Shown here in pieces: positions 19,618 through 32,019 of a stretch of DNA of 44,599 nt. Below the pieces are notes generated by a model. It did no database searches. It saw nothing but the letters and a program-made list of their open reading frames with translations, and had not been told where the DNA came from. Position 1 is the first letter of the stretch. Every line of letters begins with the position of its first letter. Made by a program: the position numbers and the translations under genes. The DNA is from Chiloscyllium plagiosum (lineage: Eukaryota): the NCBI RefSeq assembly GCF_004010195.1, contig NC_057721.1, positions 52,035,656-52,080,254 of the forward strand, given 5' to 3'.

Positions 19618-19885
19618 TTGTATAAACTTTAAAAGAATATCATTTTGCTTGAATTAACTCCTCACAGGCCAATATCCAGTCACCAAGTCACCTTTTATTT
19701 ACACATGAATAGATGTTGACTTTAGTACTGCCTCTTTCAGAGTCAAATATCAGAGAGTCAGTATCTCTGACATTGTCCCTTTTTATTTGTCAGCCAGGGC
19801 TCCCCTGAATGGACCAGATTAACAGCCCGATCAGAGAACTTATATTCTATGAAGACCAGCTGACTGGCCTCATTACAATCACTAC
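19618..19885. mobile_element. Possible short solo LTR
   Basis: TGT...ACA bounded segment with ttttattt (AATAAA on the minus strand). No TSD seen. Confidence 0.3.
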
Positions 19886-20699
19886 ATTTCTCTATTTGGA
19901 GGACTGACAGAAAGTAATTACTCAACAAGTCAGTCATTTGTAATTTGCTGTTGCAGTACTTTCTTTCTTCATGGGATTTGCGAATTGATATTAGGCAGCA
20001 TTTACTGCCCATTCCTAATCATCCAGAGGACAGTTGAGGATCAATCACATTGCTATGGGTCTGGAGTCACAAGTAGGCCAGATCAGGTAAGCATGGCAGA
20101 TATCTTTCCTTAAAGGACTCTGGTGAACTTAATGAGAGTTTATAATCAATCAACAGTGTTTGCATAGTCACTGTCAGGATAACTTTTTATTCCGGAATTT
20201 TGTTGAATTCAGATTTTACCATCTGCCATGGTTGGATTCAAATTCAGAACTTGATTACGTGTTCAATGACAATTACATTACATCACCACTTCCCTTATTT
20301 GCAGAATTATCTATACCTGTTTAAACAGTACAAAATAAGCTTTATTTGTCAAACCTATCATTTGGAACTGAGCACAGATGGATAACTGGAAGTTACTCCT
20401 TGACTAGACAGACCAAGACAACAAAACACTTATATTTGTCATGGCAGCAACTTACATTTATATAATATCTTCCATGGAATAAAGTATCACAAACTGCTTC
20501 ACATGAGAGCTATCAAGCAAAATTTATAGATAATTAGTGATCAAAAGCTTGCTCAAATAGGTAGCTTTTAAAAGCACATTAAAGATGGCAGGGGAATTTG
20601 GAAATGGAATTCCAAAGCTTAAGGCCTGAGCAGCTGAAGGTACACCCAATGTTGGAGCAGGTAACAGTTGTGTACTTTCCAATTTCATTGAACTAATAT

Positions 20700-20960
20700 T
20701 ATAGAATCCCTACAGTGTGGAAGCAGACCATTCAGCCCACTGAGTCCACACCACCCCTCCAATGGGCAGTCCAACCAGACCCATCCCTGTAATCCTGCAT
20801 TTCCTCTGGCCAATCCCCTAAATCTGCATATCTTTGGACAGTGGGAGGAAACCCACACAGACACGGGGAATATGTGCAAACTCCACACAGCCAGTTGCCC
20901 CAGGGTGGAATCAAACCTGGGTTCCTGGTGCTGTGAGACAGCAATGCTTACCACTGGTCT
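20700..20960 (-). mobile_element. HE1-like SINE (diverged)
   Basis: cagtggtaagcattgctgtctcacagcaccaggaacccaggtttgattcc head and the shared tail. Confidence 0.8.
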
Positions 20961-21539
20961 GTGTCCACTGTGTCGCCCAGTCTAACATGAAACATAATGG
21001 CATTTCTGACACAAGGAATTAGCAATATTTACATCTGGAAGAATTGTTTTTAGAAACCCTGAGATGGCTCTGAAATGCTAATTTAATGCTGTACCTGAAC
21101 TGGTCCTGGTTTGAATAAAGAAAATAAATTGTTGAAAACTGATCTTAATTTTTCATGCATGCACAAATTCAGTGTTTTAAAAACATGTTTTTTTTCTAAT
21201 GACAGTTCCTGAGGGTTGACCAGCATTACACAAATAAAAGCAGAAGAAGGTCAGACTAGTCTCTGACCTTTAAAATGGTCTACATTTCACCTGATTCTTA
21301 AAACGACCCGAAGTGGGGGTGGTGAGTGAGCTAATACTGATGTATTGAGAGGAGGAAGGATGTTTACTGAGAGCAGCTGAAGCAACGTCAGAAAACTACC
21401 TATCACTGAGTAGTCAAATGTCCTAAATAAGAAAGAATGGCCAGAACAGAAATATCAATAATAACATCATCTTCATTTATATAGAACTATGAGATCATAA
21501 ACCATCTTTCATCTTGTCATGGGAGTGCTGCCCAGATGG

Positions 21540-22730
21540 ATGGAAAACCTTTTGTTCAAAGAGAAGAACAGTGACAACACTCATGGAACTGCAGTATGCA
21601 GATGAGAACGTCATCTGTGCTTTCTCAGAGGGGAATCTTCAACCTTAAAGCCTTCGCAAGAACGTCCTGAAGAGTCGGTCACAGCCTCAACCTCAAAAAG
21701 ACTCAAATCATTTTTCCAACCCATCACTGGGCATCCCTCCATTAAGATCAATGGAGAAATTCGGCCAAAAGCATTTCCTCTCCTTGGGCAAGGCCGATGT
21801 GGAGATCCAATACTACACACAATCCACAAATGCTGCTTTCAAGCTCCTAACGATGACAGTGACATCTGTACTGGTACCAGAATCCTTGTGTATAAGGCTG
21901 CCATCCTTCTGACTCTTCTATTTGGTTCTGAAACTTGACCTATGTGTCTAGATTCCACCTCAGAAACATGGAGAAGTACGAAGAATGCTATTTAGATGGA
22001 TTCTCCACATTAGCTGGGAGGACAGGCATACTAACATCAGAGTCCTTGACGGATGCTTGAGCTCTGGCTGCCAAGATAAACAGTCTTCACCAAGAATTAA
22101 AAGGAGGACAAAGGAAGCTGTTCAAAAATTCCCTGAAGGCTTCCCTCAAGAAATGCAACATAGATTAGATTAGATTACTTACAGTGTCGAAGCAGGCCCT
22201 TCAACCCAACAAGTCCACACCAACCCCTGAAGCGCAACCCACCCAGACCCATTCCCCTACATTTACCCCTTCACCTAACACTATGGGCAATTTAGCATGG
22301 CCAATTCACCTAACTTGCACATTTTTGGACTGTGGGAGGAAACCAGAGCTCCTAGAGGAAACCCATACAGACAAGGGGAGACTCCACACAGAGAGTCGAC
22401 TGAGGCAGGAACTGAACCCAGGTCTCTGGCGCTGTGAGGCAGCCGTGCTAACCACTGTGCCACTGTGCCGCCCAATGTCTGGGATCCCTCACCCAGAAGA
22501 AACTGAGTTGGAGGAATTTCATAACACAATATTTTAAGAACATCCATCAGCAAGAGGGAAAGGAACTGGAGAAAGGAATGTGAGTGATCTCAATGCCAAG
22601 GATCACTTCCACTTACCGGAAACACCTGCCAGGTATGTGGTCTGAGATGTGACTCCAGGATCAGGCTCATCAGACATGCAAGGACCAACAGAATCCATGA
22701 CCAATGGCACAGATTTTCCCGATGAGCAAT
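21540..22730 (+). mobile_element. RTE-clade LINE remnant split by a SINE
   Basis: Decayed ELQYADE (YADD box), YKAAILxTLLFGSET, ILHISWEDRHTNIRVL, GGQRKLFKNSLKASLKKC, and a C-terminal TCQVCG...LIRHART zinc-finger-like motif. Confidence 0.75.
22161..22472 (-). mobile_element. HE1-like SINE, full length
   Basis: gggcggcacagtggcacagtggttagcac head and (tctaa)n tail. Confidence 0.9.
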
Positions 22731-22779
22731 CATGTTCATTAATGAGAGATTGCTGATGACAACTAAAACATCCCAAGGC

Positions 22780-23100
22780 TTTTCATGGCAGCATTACAAA
22801 CCAAAGTGAATGTCAAGCCTAATAGGAGATATCAGAGCTGATGACCAAATGATTGGTTGAACAAATAGGTCTTAAGGAATATCTTAAAGGAGGATAGAGA
22901 TGCAGTGAGGTTTGGGTTAGGATTTCCACAGCTTAGGCACCTGAAGGCATGATTAAAAGTGGAGATGTGCAGGAGCGTGACATTGGAGGAGTATAAAAAT
23001 CTCGGAAGGCCTTGTAACATTAGAGGTGGCCATGTAGCTAAGTAAGGGTATCACCATGGAAGGATTTGAAGAAAGGCTGACAATTTTAAATTGAGGACAA
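22780..23100 (-). mobile_element. L2-clade LINE 3' remnant
   Basis: Minus ORF end SLSSFKIFLKTYLFNQSF resembles the L2 ORF2 C-terminus. Similar remnants lie near 7000-7210 and 20450-20650. Confidence 0.55.
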
Positions 23101-23219
23101 GGATGAGCTCAATGCTTTTACGGTAATCTTGTCACCTCACAATACAAGCTTTAATGCAGAAGCTAAAACTACACTTTCAATGTAACTACCTTCCAATTAG
23201 CCATCTGAGTCAGGCCATT

Positions 23220-24075
23220 GGTAACTGTAGGAATCATCTGGACCTCACACTAACAGCCCAGACCAGACAGGCATTCCAAGAGAGATTACACAGTAACAGG
23301 AATTCAGAAAAGTAAGACAGAGCTTGCCAAATGTAAAATTGAGAAAATAGAGGGAGACCAGAAGGGTTTTCGAATGGATCTGCAGCCGGTGAGGAAAAAA
23401 CTCTTTATCCAGATTCAAAAGATCCATAGGGCAGAGCAGTGGAAGCTGGCCAGCCCCCTGTGAGTCAGGCTAGGAACACTGAAAGATCCCAAACCAGGGA
23501 GAAATATCAGGCAGTAAAGGAGGCTGGCATTCCATGGATGAGCAGGAGCTCTGACTAACCAACACCGTCTCTTTTATCTAGAGGGAGACCAGGGAGTCTC
23601 TCAGATGGGCAGACAGATGCTGAGGGATGATTAGAGAAAACACTGGGTAGCACAACTGAAATTGGACATCTATCTTAGGATAATGATATCCCAAAGGATG
23701 TGGGACTGGTAGAGGACCTAGTCCCTCCTAAAGTACCAGAATCAGTCATTCACAACCCTGAAGTTCCACCGCCCTGGCAGCTGCCAGAGGACTGGTTCAA
23801 GTGAAGATAAAATAGAATCGAGTCAGCTGTTGAGTGTCTACCAGAAGCTAGATACATCTGAAGACAGCTAAGAGGAGTCTGTTGAGAAGGGGTCACTGGA
23901 TGATCACCCAGTTGAACCGTCAGTTGCTAAACCGGCAGGCATCAGAATCTTAAACACAAAGGCCCAGTTAATATGCCTCAGTAAAGAGCAGAGAAAGGAT
24001 TTGGACACAGTGCTTGTGCAATTTAAAGATAGGATTCTCACACTAATAGCCCCGATGTGGACATTGGAGCACCAT
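23220..24075 (+). mobile_element. Possible Gypsy pol remnant
   Basis: LSKEQRKDLDTVLVQFKD...DVDIGA resembles the segment preceding Gypsy RT; heavily decayed. Confidence 0.3.
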
Positions 24076-25729
24076 TTGTGTTTATCTTCTTAATCTCTAG
24101 GGCTGGGGTGGAAGTGTGAGTAGTGTGTGGAAATATCACCAAACCTTTATAAAGAAGCAAAAACACAAAAACTGCTTCTTGCTTTTTTATTCACAGGATG
24201 TGGGTATTACTTGCTAAGATTGCATTAATTGCTTATTCTTAAATACCCTCAAGAAGTTGATGGTGAGCAGCCTTCTTGAACCAATGCCATCCATTTTGTG
24301 TAGTTACACTCAGCAGCACTGAATTAATATCATTGTGTGTGTCTTTCCTATATTTCCCTTTTCTTTGGTATGGCTGAGAGAATGATTGTATACTTTCTTT
24401 AATTTGTCACTTCTATTCAGATTTGTTTTTTTAAGAAATAAGGTAGTTCTTTTTTTTGCCAAGGATGAAGACATGTCATTATGGCCTGAGGGCATAGACA
24501 GAAACCGCAAAGAAAACGGTTCTCTATTTTCAGATTAACAATTAAATTAAAAATGGACAGGCTTGCTGGACTCTAAAAATGGCCAAAAGTAACCACGTGA
24601 TCAGATTTTCAGTAGCTTCTGAACCCCATGCATTGTATAGACTAGCTCAGGCTGACACAAAGAACCTGGAGACAAGTCATCTGTTTGCAGCAGGTCTGGA
24701 CAAAGGAAACCATCAAGGCCAATTATGCTATAATGAGCATTAGTACTTTTACAGTTACCTCATCACCTTGCAATGGAAACTCTAATGAGGGAGACAGAAT
24801 TACACTATTAGGTTGATGACCTTCTAGTTAGCCAACTGAGAAACTTGTCCTTGTCTCAACAAAAATCAGAAAATTGCTTGCATGTGTAGTTCCGGAATTC
24901 TAAGTCAGTTGCCTTGGCAGCACAAGATGTGCAACTTCAGGCCTTATCAGCTAGAAGGGCTGCTGTTTATCTCTTTCTCTGTATCACAAAACTCATATCA
25001 TGAGAAAGATTGTCAGACAATTTTTTGATCGCAAGATCATCTGCTTTCCAGCTGCCAGAAAAGTAATTCACTACACAATCAGCCAAAGGACTAACTAGAT
25101 TGGACATTGAACTATGGGATTCCAAGCCATGTAAATTAATGCCATGTGTTTACTTTTTTTTTTGAAGTTCATAAATTCACAATTCCTTCCTATTTTTTGT
25201 TGTGCATGTTTAAACATGTGATTGATAGGGCAATTCAGTTCCTCTTCATTTTGAATGTCTTGTTAATGATCCCTCCTTTTGATTTCACCTGAAAGCATTT
25301 TTCTATTAATTTATTTTTAAAATTGAAACTCAAGAAAATTGGATTTTGGAAAGCCCTTTTGTTCTACTTCAGAAAGTCAGGGCTAAAAAGGGAGAGGAGT
25401 GAAACAAACAATGCCTCACTTGGGCTTAACAATAGAACAGTAATCATTTTAACTTCACCCCCCATTCTCTCTGTGCTTGTGACAAAGGACCTAGACTGAT
25501 ATCTGAAAATGACTTGGTGCATGGTAGGGTACAGGTAGCAAAGGTTTGGATGTGCTTAACTTTATGCAGGGCAAAAGATGGCTGGCTGACTACGAATTTG
25601 ATGTCTCATTTATTTATGTTATCGGGACTTCAAAACAGAGGCACTTGGGTGTTGTTTTTTCCTATGGACGTTTTGTTCCATAAACCTAGGTCTAGCCCTG
25701 TTCCCTGTTGTAATAATAGCAAATTACTA

Positions 25730-25990
25730 TTGATGCTGGAGAAATAGAGATAAAATATAAAGTGCTGGAGAAACAGGTCTGTGGAGAGCGAAACAGAGTT
25801 AAAGTTTTGAGTGCAATGATTCTTCAGACCTGAAGGGGGCTGAGACATGTTTTTGACAAAAGATGTAGAGGAACAAATGGAGCAGAGAATGAGGTCCCTG
25901 ACAAAGTCAGTATGATAGTAAAGGTGTAAAGTAGGTATAAATAGGTACAAATGACTGGTGTGAAAAGTAGAAATAGATTAAGTAGCAGTT
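25730..25990. mobile_element. Old Penelope-like repeat remnant
   Basis: gatgctggaga...agtgctggagaaac...gaaacagagttaa...ttcttcag. Related pieces lie at about 6770-6855 and 43520-43800. Confidence 0.4.
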
Positions 25991-26364
25991 TGTTTTGGAC
26001 TCTGTAACAATGCACAACTTTAGAAGCAGCAGGGTCTAGGTAGTGTCTTCCCTGACCCCTCCACATTGAATGGACAGAACTGTGATCGGAAGGTACTGAT
26101 TAAACATTTCAGAGCAGTGCAGTTGGACTGCTGTCTCCCAAGACTTTCAAGATCCAATATCTGCCAACAAAACACGTAGGTTGCTGAGCGATAAAATTAT
26201 AAATTCAATGGATATGAGAGGAGATGACCTACTGTTTATTTGGGCAGTACCAGCCATCTAGTCTTCATCCTCAGAGCACCACATAATGCACCTCTCTTGG
26301 GATGACACCACAATATCCAGTGCTGGTAACTGACACCTTAAAGTGAAATTTTGTAACTGAACAA

Positions 26365-26684
26365 ATTAGATTAGATTTTTTAGATTAGATTAGATTACAG
26401 TGTGGAAACAGGCCCTTCGGCCCAACAAGTCCACACCGACCTGCCGAAGCGAAACCCACCCATACCCCTACATTTACCCCTTACCTAACACTACGGGCAA
26501 TTTAATATGGCCAATTCACCTGACCCTGCACATCTTTGTGATGTGGGAGGAAACCGGAGCACCCGGAGGAAACCCACGCAGACACGGGGAGAACGTGCAA
26601 ACTCCACACAGTCAGTCGCCTGAGTCGGGAATTGAACCCGGGTCTCTAGCGCTGTGAGGCAGCAGTGCTAACCACTGTGCCACC
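26365..26684 (-). mobile_element. HE1-like SINE, young copy
   Basis: Intact A box (tggcacagtggttagc) and B box (gggttcaattcc), retained CpGs, (tctaa)n tail. Confidence 0.9.
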
Positions 26685-27059
26685 GGAAAATCTTCCTTAG
26701 ATCATATACAGGTCCATATAACACAGATTTGAAATTTAAAAATTACATAAACCACTGAAAGTACAGAATTCTATGATTTTGCAACACTAGTAGTTTAATT
26801 ACTCAGGTAAAATTATCAGTGTTAAAGATTGGTTGATTGACTGAGCCCTGGAAGCACTCAAAATTTGAGTTTGTAAACAACACGGCTACTTCTGATGTCT
26901 ATCTAGCTTTCTGCTTTGACTGAGGTATCAAGAAATCTATGGTATCTTTCTGATACTTTAATCACCAAATGGCATTACTAAGTTTGCAAATCACGAGAAA
27001 ACAAAATGGTAAGATAAGTAGTTAGAATGGCACAATGAATCCAGTTCAGAAGGCACACG

Positions 27060-27256
27060 TCACTAGGTTTTTTTCAACAGGTTTATGTAAAATCACCAGC
27101 TTGAGGAGCACTGCTCCTTCATCAGATGAAGTCACTTCACCTGACAAAGAAGTGGCGCTTTGAAAGCTTATGATTTCACATAAACGTGTTGGATTATAAG
27201 CTGGTGTTGTGTGACTTCTGACCATGTCCACCCTAGTCCAACAATGGCACCTCCAC
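27060..27256. mobile_element. Inverted-repeat Penelope-like element with degenerate hammerhead boxes
   Basis: Arms aacaggtttatgtaaaatcaccagctt (27076-27102) and aagcttatgatttcacataaacgtgtt (27164-27190). The minus strand contains CTGATGAAGGAGCAGTGCTCC. Confidence 0.55.
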
Positions 27257-27269
27257 ACAATGAATCTAG

Positions 27270-28250
27270 AGAGTGAAACCTATAAGGCTAAATGAGTGGG
27301 CAAAAATTTGGGAAGATGACATAAAATATGATAAAATGTGAAGTTATGTGCTTTGGCAGGAAGAATGGAAGATTTGAATATTATTAAAGTGGTGAAAGAC
27401 TGCAGAAGGTTTCAGTGGAGAGAAATTAATTAGTTCTTGTGCATTATACTCAAAAAGCTAGCATCCAAGTTCAGCAGGTTATAGGGAAGGCAAATGGACT
27501 GTCAGCCTTTATTTCAAAGAGGATGAAGCACAAAAATGGGGAGGATTTGCAAAATCTATACAAAGCACTGTACAGAACGCAGTTGGAATACTCTGAACAT
27601 TTTTGATCCCCTTATTTAGGGAAAGACACATTGGCATTGAAGATAATCCAAAGAAAGTTCATAAGGTTGATTCCAGGTATGGAAGGAGTTCCTGATGAGA
27701 AGAGCATGAGTAGTTTGGGCCTGTCCTCAATGGAGTATAAAAGTTTAAAAGTGTTAAAACATATAAGATTTTACCTGTTGTGTGACCATCAAGGATTTTT
27801 CCAAAGGCCCTCTGTGGCTCTACACCTCTCAATATTTGTCACTTATTCCTTTGCCTCGTTCCCGTCCCCATGGGCATTACCTCACACTTGTCCGGGTTGA
27901 ATGCACTTGCCACTTGTCTGCCTGCCTGGCTCGACTTCTGGTATCTTTCTGCAGTCTACAGATTTCACTGACAACCAATTTTTGTATTGTCTGCCAATGT
28001 TTTAACCATGCTGCCTATATTTAAGTCTAATACTGAGTCCAGCGGAACTCACTGGAAAAAACCATACAGTTGCACAAACACTCATCAAATATTTGTTTCC
28101 TGCTACTCTGACAATGTATGCTAAAATGCACATAGATTGCATTAACCACATTACCTATATCCACCCTTGTTATCACTTCCCTCTGAAAAATTCAGTTTCT
28201 TTAGTCAGACTCAGTTTTCCCTAATCTAATTCATAGCTTCTGAAATGGTG
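27270..28250. mobile_element. Two old CR1 fragments in opposite orientation
   Basis: Plus-strand IQRKFIRLIPGMEG segment to about 27770, then minus-strand RT remnants. Confidence 0.6.
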
Positions 28251-29134
28251 ATTTATCCTGCTGATAATTTTAAAATGTTTCACAATTCCAATTAATTCCT
28301 GAAGCACATTCCTGGGAAGACAACTTGTTACAGACCGATAGATTCAGAACAAATCAACAAGGTTATAGCAGCTAAAAGAATATATTAAAAGTGAGTTCAG
28401 AGAATGGTTAATGCATGCCAAGTTAATGAGTAATATATAACTATTCTCCAGGAGATGTCTCCTAATCCTTTGATATGCGTGGAGGTTCTTCACCAGCATA
28501 TGATATTAAAGTCAGGCATTGCCTCCAAAGTACCTTCAGACTTTGCAGTTCTGAGGTGTTAACAAAACAGAAAATATGTCAAGAAATTGAGAAACTGATT
28601 CAAACCCATCATTTCCTTCAGTGAATTGAACAGCTTATATAAAATACATCGAGTGAGGAGGGCTGTCTATTAACATAGGTTTATTATTCAATCAGAATGT
28701 CACCAGATTTTCCAATTTAATGTCATACCCATGGGTCTCCCTGGCATCCAGCAACTCAGAAGTAAGGAAAGGCTTTAGAGGCAATTGAGAAGCTGCTTTG
28801 GATTCATGGAAATACTAACATAAATACTCATTATTGACAGCTGTTTGTAGGAGAGAGTCTGTTCACATACTTTTGCTGAAAGGGTAATTTTGATACTTTG
28901 GAGGTTTGTGAATCACATTAGGATGGGAAATGCTGACCATGTCAGTTTGGAACTCATGTGAGAATCTCCAGCACCAGCAACATCCTAACATTTAGAAATG
29001 TGTAGTTGGCCAGTACAGAGAGGATAGCAGAATGGGAATATACTTTCAAGGCAGAATGGTGTGTGCCTAGGAAAGGAAGTTGCAGGTGGTACTATTTCAT
29101 GCATTTGTAGCTCTTGTCCTTCTCAATGGTACAG

Positions 29135-30085
29135 GTTAAACCATAAGATTTGGGAGCTGATGTAGGCTATTTCGCCTATTGAATTGACTCTGGCATTCAA
29201 TGACGTCATGTCTGATTGACAATAGAAAAGCACAGAAAAATAGAAAATAAAGCAGGAGTAGGCCATTCAGCCCGTCATCATTCATTATAATCACAGCTAA
29301 TCTAACTCAATAATAGGTTCCCACTTAACCCCAATATTCTTGGTTCCCTTTAGCCCCAAATGTTATGTCCAACTCCTTTAAATTATCCAGTGTTTTGGCA
29401 TTGAGTGCTCTCTATGGTAGCGAATTCCACAAGTTCACTACTCTTTGGGTAAAGAAATTTCTCCTCATCTCAGTCTTAAATGGATCACCCCATATTTTTG
29501 ACTGTTACCACTGGTTCTGGACTCGTCAGTAATGGGCAACATCCTTCCTGCATCGACACTGTCTCGTCCTATCAGAATTTTGTTTGTTTCTATGAGATTC
29601 TCTTCATTCTCTAAACTCCAGCTAAATCATTCAACCTCAGCTCTTATGTCAGTCTTGCCATCCAAGAATCAGGTATGGGACTGGTAAACTGGTAATCTTT
29701 TCCCCTTTCCTGGTTTCTCCTCATAACTCTTAATTCTCTTACTAATTAAAGGTTTGTCAATCTCAGTCTTGAGTATACTGAAAGATCCAGCTGCCTGACC
29801 TGCTGTGCTGTTCCAGCAATAAAGTTTCAACTTTGATCTCCAGCATCTGCAGACCTCACTTTCTCCTAATTAAAGGTTTGTCAATCTCAGTCTTGAGTAT
29901 ACTGAAAGATCCAGCCTCTATTACCTTCTGCAGTAAAAACTTTCACTGATTCACTACACTCTGAGTGAAAACTATCATCCTGATCTGTGCCATAAATAGG
30001 TAACTCCTTTCTTTGAGATTATGTCCTCTCATCCTAGACCCTCCTACAAGGGGAAATAAACTTTCTGCATCTACCCTCTCATCAT
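29135..30085 (-). mobile_element. Old CR1 3' fragments (continued at 31198-31470)
   Basis: Reverse-complement tails (gcaggagtaggccattcagccc) and VDAESLFPLVGGSRMRGHNLK...FTQSVVN. Confidence 0.7.
29792..29865. mobile_element. Penelope-like short insertion flanked by a 50-bp direct repeat
   Basis: tgcctgacctgctgtgct...ctccagcatctgcagacctcactttctc, with identical flanks at 29742-29791 and 29866-29915. Confidence 0.7.
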
Positions 30086-31197
30086 TTATATAAATGATTT
30101 GGATGGGAACATAGGAGGTATAGCGAGTAGGTTTGCAGATGGCACCAAAATTGGAGGTATACTGGACAGCGAAGAAGGTTACCTCAGAGTACAATGGGAT
30201 CTTGATCAATTGGGCCAATGGGCTGAGGAGTGGCAGATGGAATTTAATTTAGATAAATGCAAGGTGCTGCATTTTGGAAAAGCAAATCAGAGCAGGACTT
30301 ATACACTTAATGGTAAGGTCCTGGGGCATATTGCTGAACAAAGAGATCTTGGAGTGTAGGTTCATAGTTCCTTGAAAGTAGAGTCGCAGGTAGAGTCATA
30401 GAGTCATAGAGATGTACAGCATGGAAACAGACCCTTTGGTCCAACCCGTCCATGCTGACCAGACATCCCAACTCAATCTAGTCCCACCTGCCAGCACCCA
30501 GCCCATATCCCTCCAAACTCTTCCTATTCATATATTGGTAGATAGGATAGTGAAGAAGGCGTTTGGTATGCTCTCCTTTATTGGTCAGAGCATTGAGTAT
30601 AGGAGTTGGGAGGTCATGTTGCAGGTCTACAGGACATTTCTTAGACCACTTTTGAAATATTGCATGTAATTCTGGTGTCCATCCTATCAGAAGGATGTTG
30701 TGAAACTTGAAAGGGTTCAGAAAAGATTTACAAGGTTGTTGCCAGGGTTGGAGGATTTGAGCTACAGGGAGAGGCTGAATAGGCTGGAGCTATTTTATCA
30801 GAGTGTCGGAGGCTGAGGGGTCACCTTATAGAGGTTTATAATATCATGACAGGCATGGATAGGATAAATAGATGAGGTCTTTTCCTTGGGGTGGCGGAGT
30901 CCAGAACTAGACGGCATAGGTTTAGGGTGAGAGGGGAAGGGTATTAAAGGGACCTAAGGGGCAATGTTTTCATGCAGAGGGTGGTACGTGTATGAAATGA
31001 GCTGCCAGAGGAAGTGGTGGAGGCTGGTCTAATTGCAGCATTTAAAAGGCATCTGAATGGGTATATGAAAATGAAGGGTTTAGAGGGATATGGACCAAGT
31101 GCTGACAAATGGGACTAGATTAGATTGGGATATCTGATCAGCATGGATGTGTTGGACTGAAGGGTTTGTTTCCGTGCTGTATGTCTCTATGACTCTA
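30086..31197 (+). mobile_element. CR1-clade LINE 3' portion (RT FADD region to tail) with a nested inverted CR1 tail
   Basis: IASRFADGTKIGG...WAEEWQMEFNLDKCKVLHFG. An inverted 3'-end insert at 30395-30536 lies between ggtaga repeats. Confidence 0.9.
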
Positions 31198-31494
31198 AGT
31201 CCACTAAGAATCTTGTATGTTTCAATAAGGTTGCCTTTCATTCTTTTAACAGTCCAATCAGGAGAGCCCAACTTTCTCAATCTCTCCTCATAAGAAAACC
31301 CCTCCATGCCTAGGATTCACTTCATGAACCTTTTCCAGATTGCTTGTAATGCTAGTATATCTTTCCTTAGATAAGAAAAGCTAAACTATTCATAATATTC
31401 CAGCTTTAGCAGTTTTCCCTATTTTAGATTCCATTCCTTTTGAAATAATGGCCAATATTCCATTTGTCATCTCTATTTTCTGCTGAACTTAGAT

Positions 31495-31730
31495 ATCTGT
31501 CTGGGGTTTGCACACTCCCTGTGTTTGTGTGGGTTTCCTCTGGGTGCTCCGGTTTCTTCCCACAATCCAAAGATGTGCAGGTCAGGTGAATTGGATATGC
31601 TAAATTGCCCATAGTATTCAGGGATGATGTGGGTTAGGTGCATTACTCAGGGGTAAACGTAGAGTAATAGGCTAGGGAGTTGGGTTTGGGTAGGATACTC
31701 TTTGGTGGGTCAGTGTAGGGATTCTATGAT
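31495..31730 (+). mobile_element. HE1-like SINE, 5'-truncated
   Basis: gtttgcacactccc...gggtttcctctgggtgctccggtttc...tgtagggattctatga. Confidence 0.75.
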
Positions 31731-32019
31731 ATGAAATATTACAGGCAAGGAGGAATATTGAAATTTATTATTTTTTGCGAATGATGTTTCATTCATTATT
31801 GAAGTCAGTATCATGTCGTAAGTAAGTCATTACTATTTAACTGTGTCTTCAATGGGAGCTCCCTGATCTCTGTGTGTGTAATGGATGGAGTGCAATAGAT
31901 GATTGAGATGATGAGGTATAGTCATGTTTCTTATACAATATTATGTAAATCTCTCCGAAACACTAATTTAAACAAGCCTCTCATCATTATAAACATGTTC
32001 TGATGTTTGATGCTTTCAT

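Noticed and set aside
26600-26684. tRNA gene
   Set aside because: The A and B boxes belong to the tRNA-derived head of a multi-copy SINE and continue into the SINE body.
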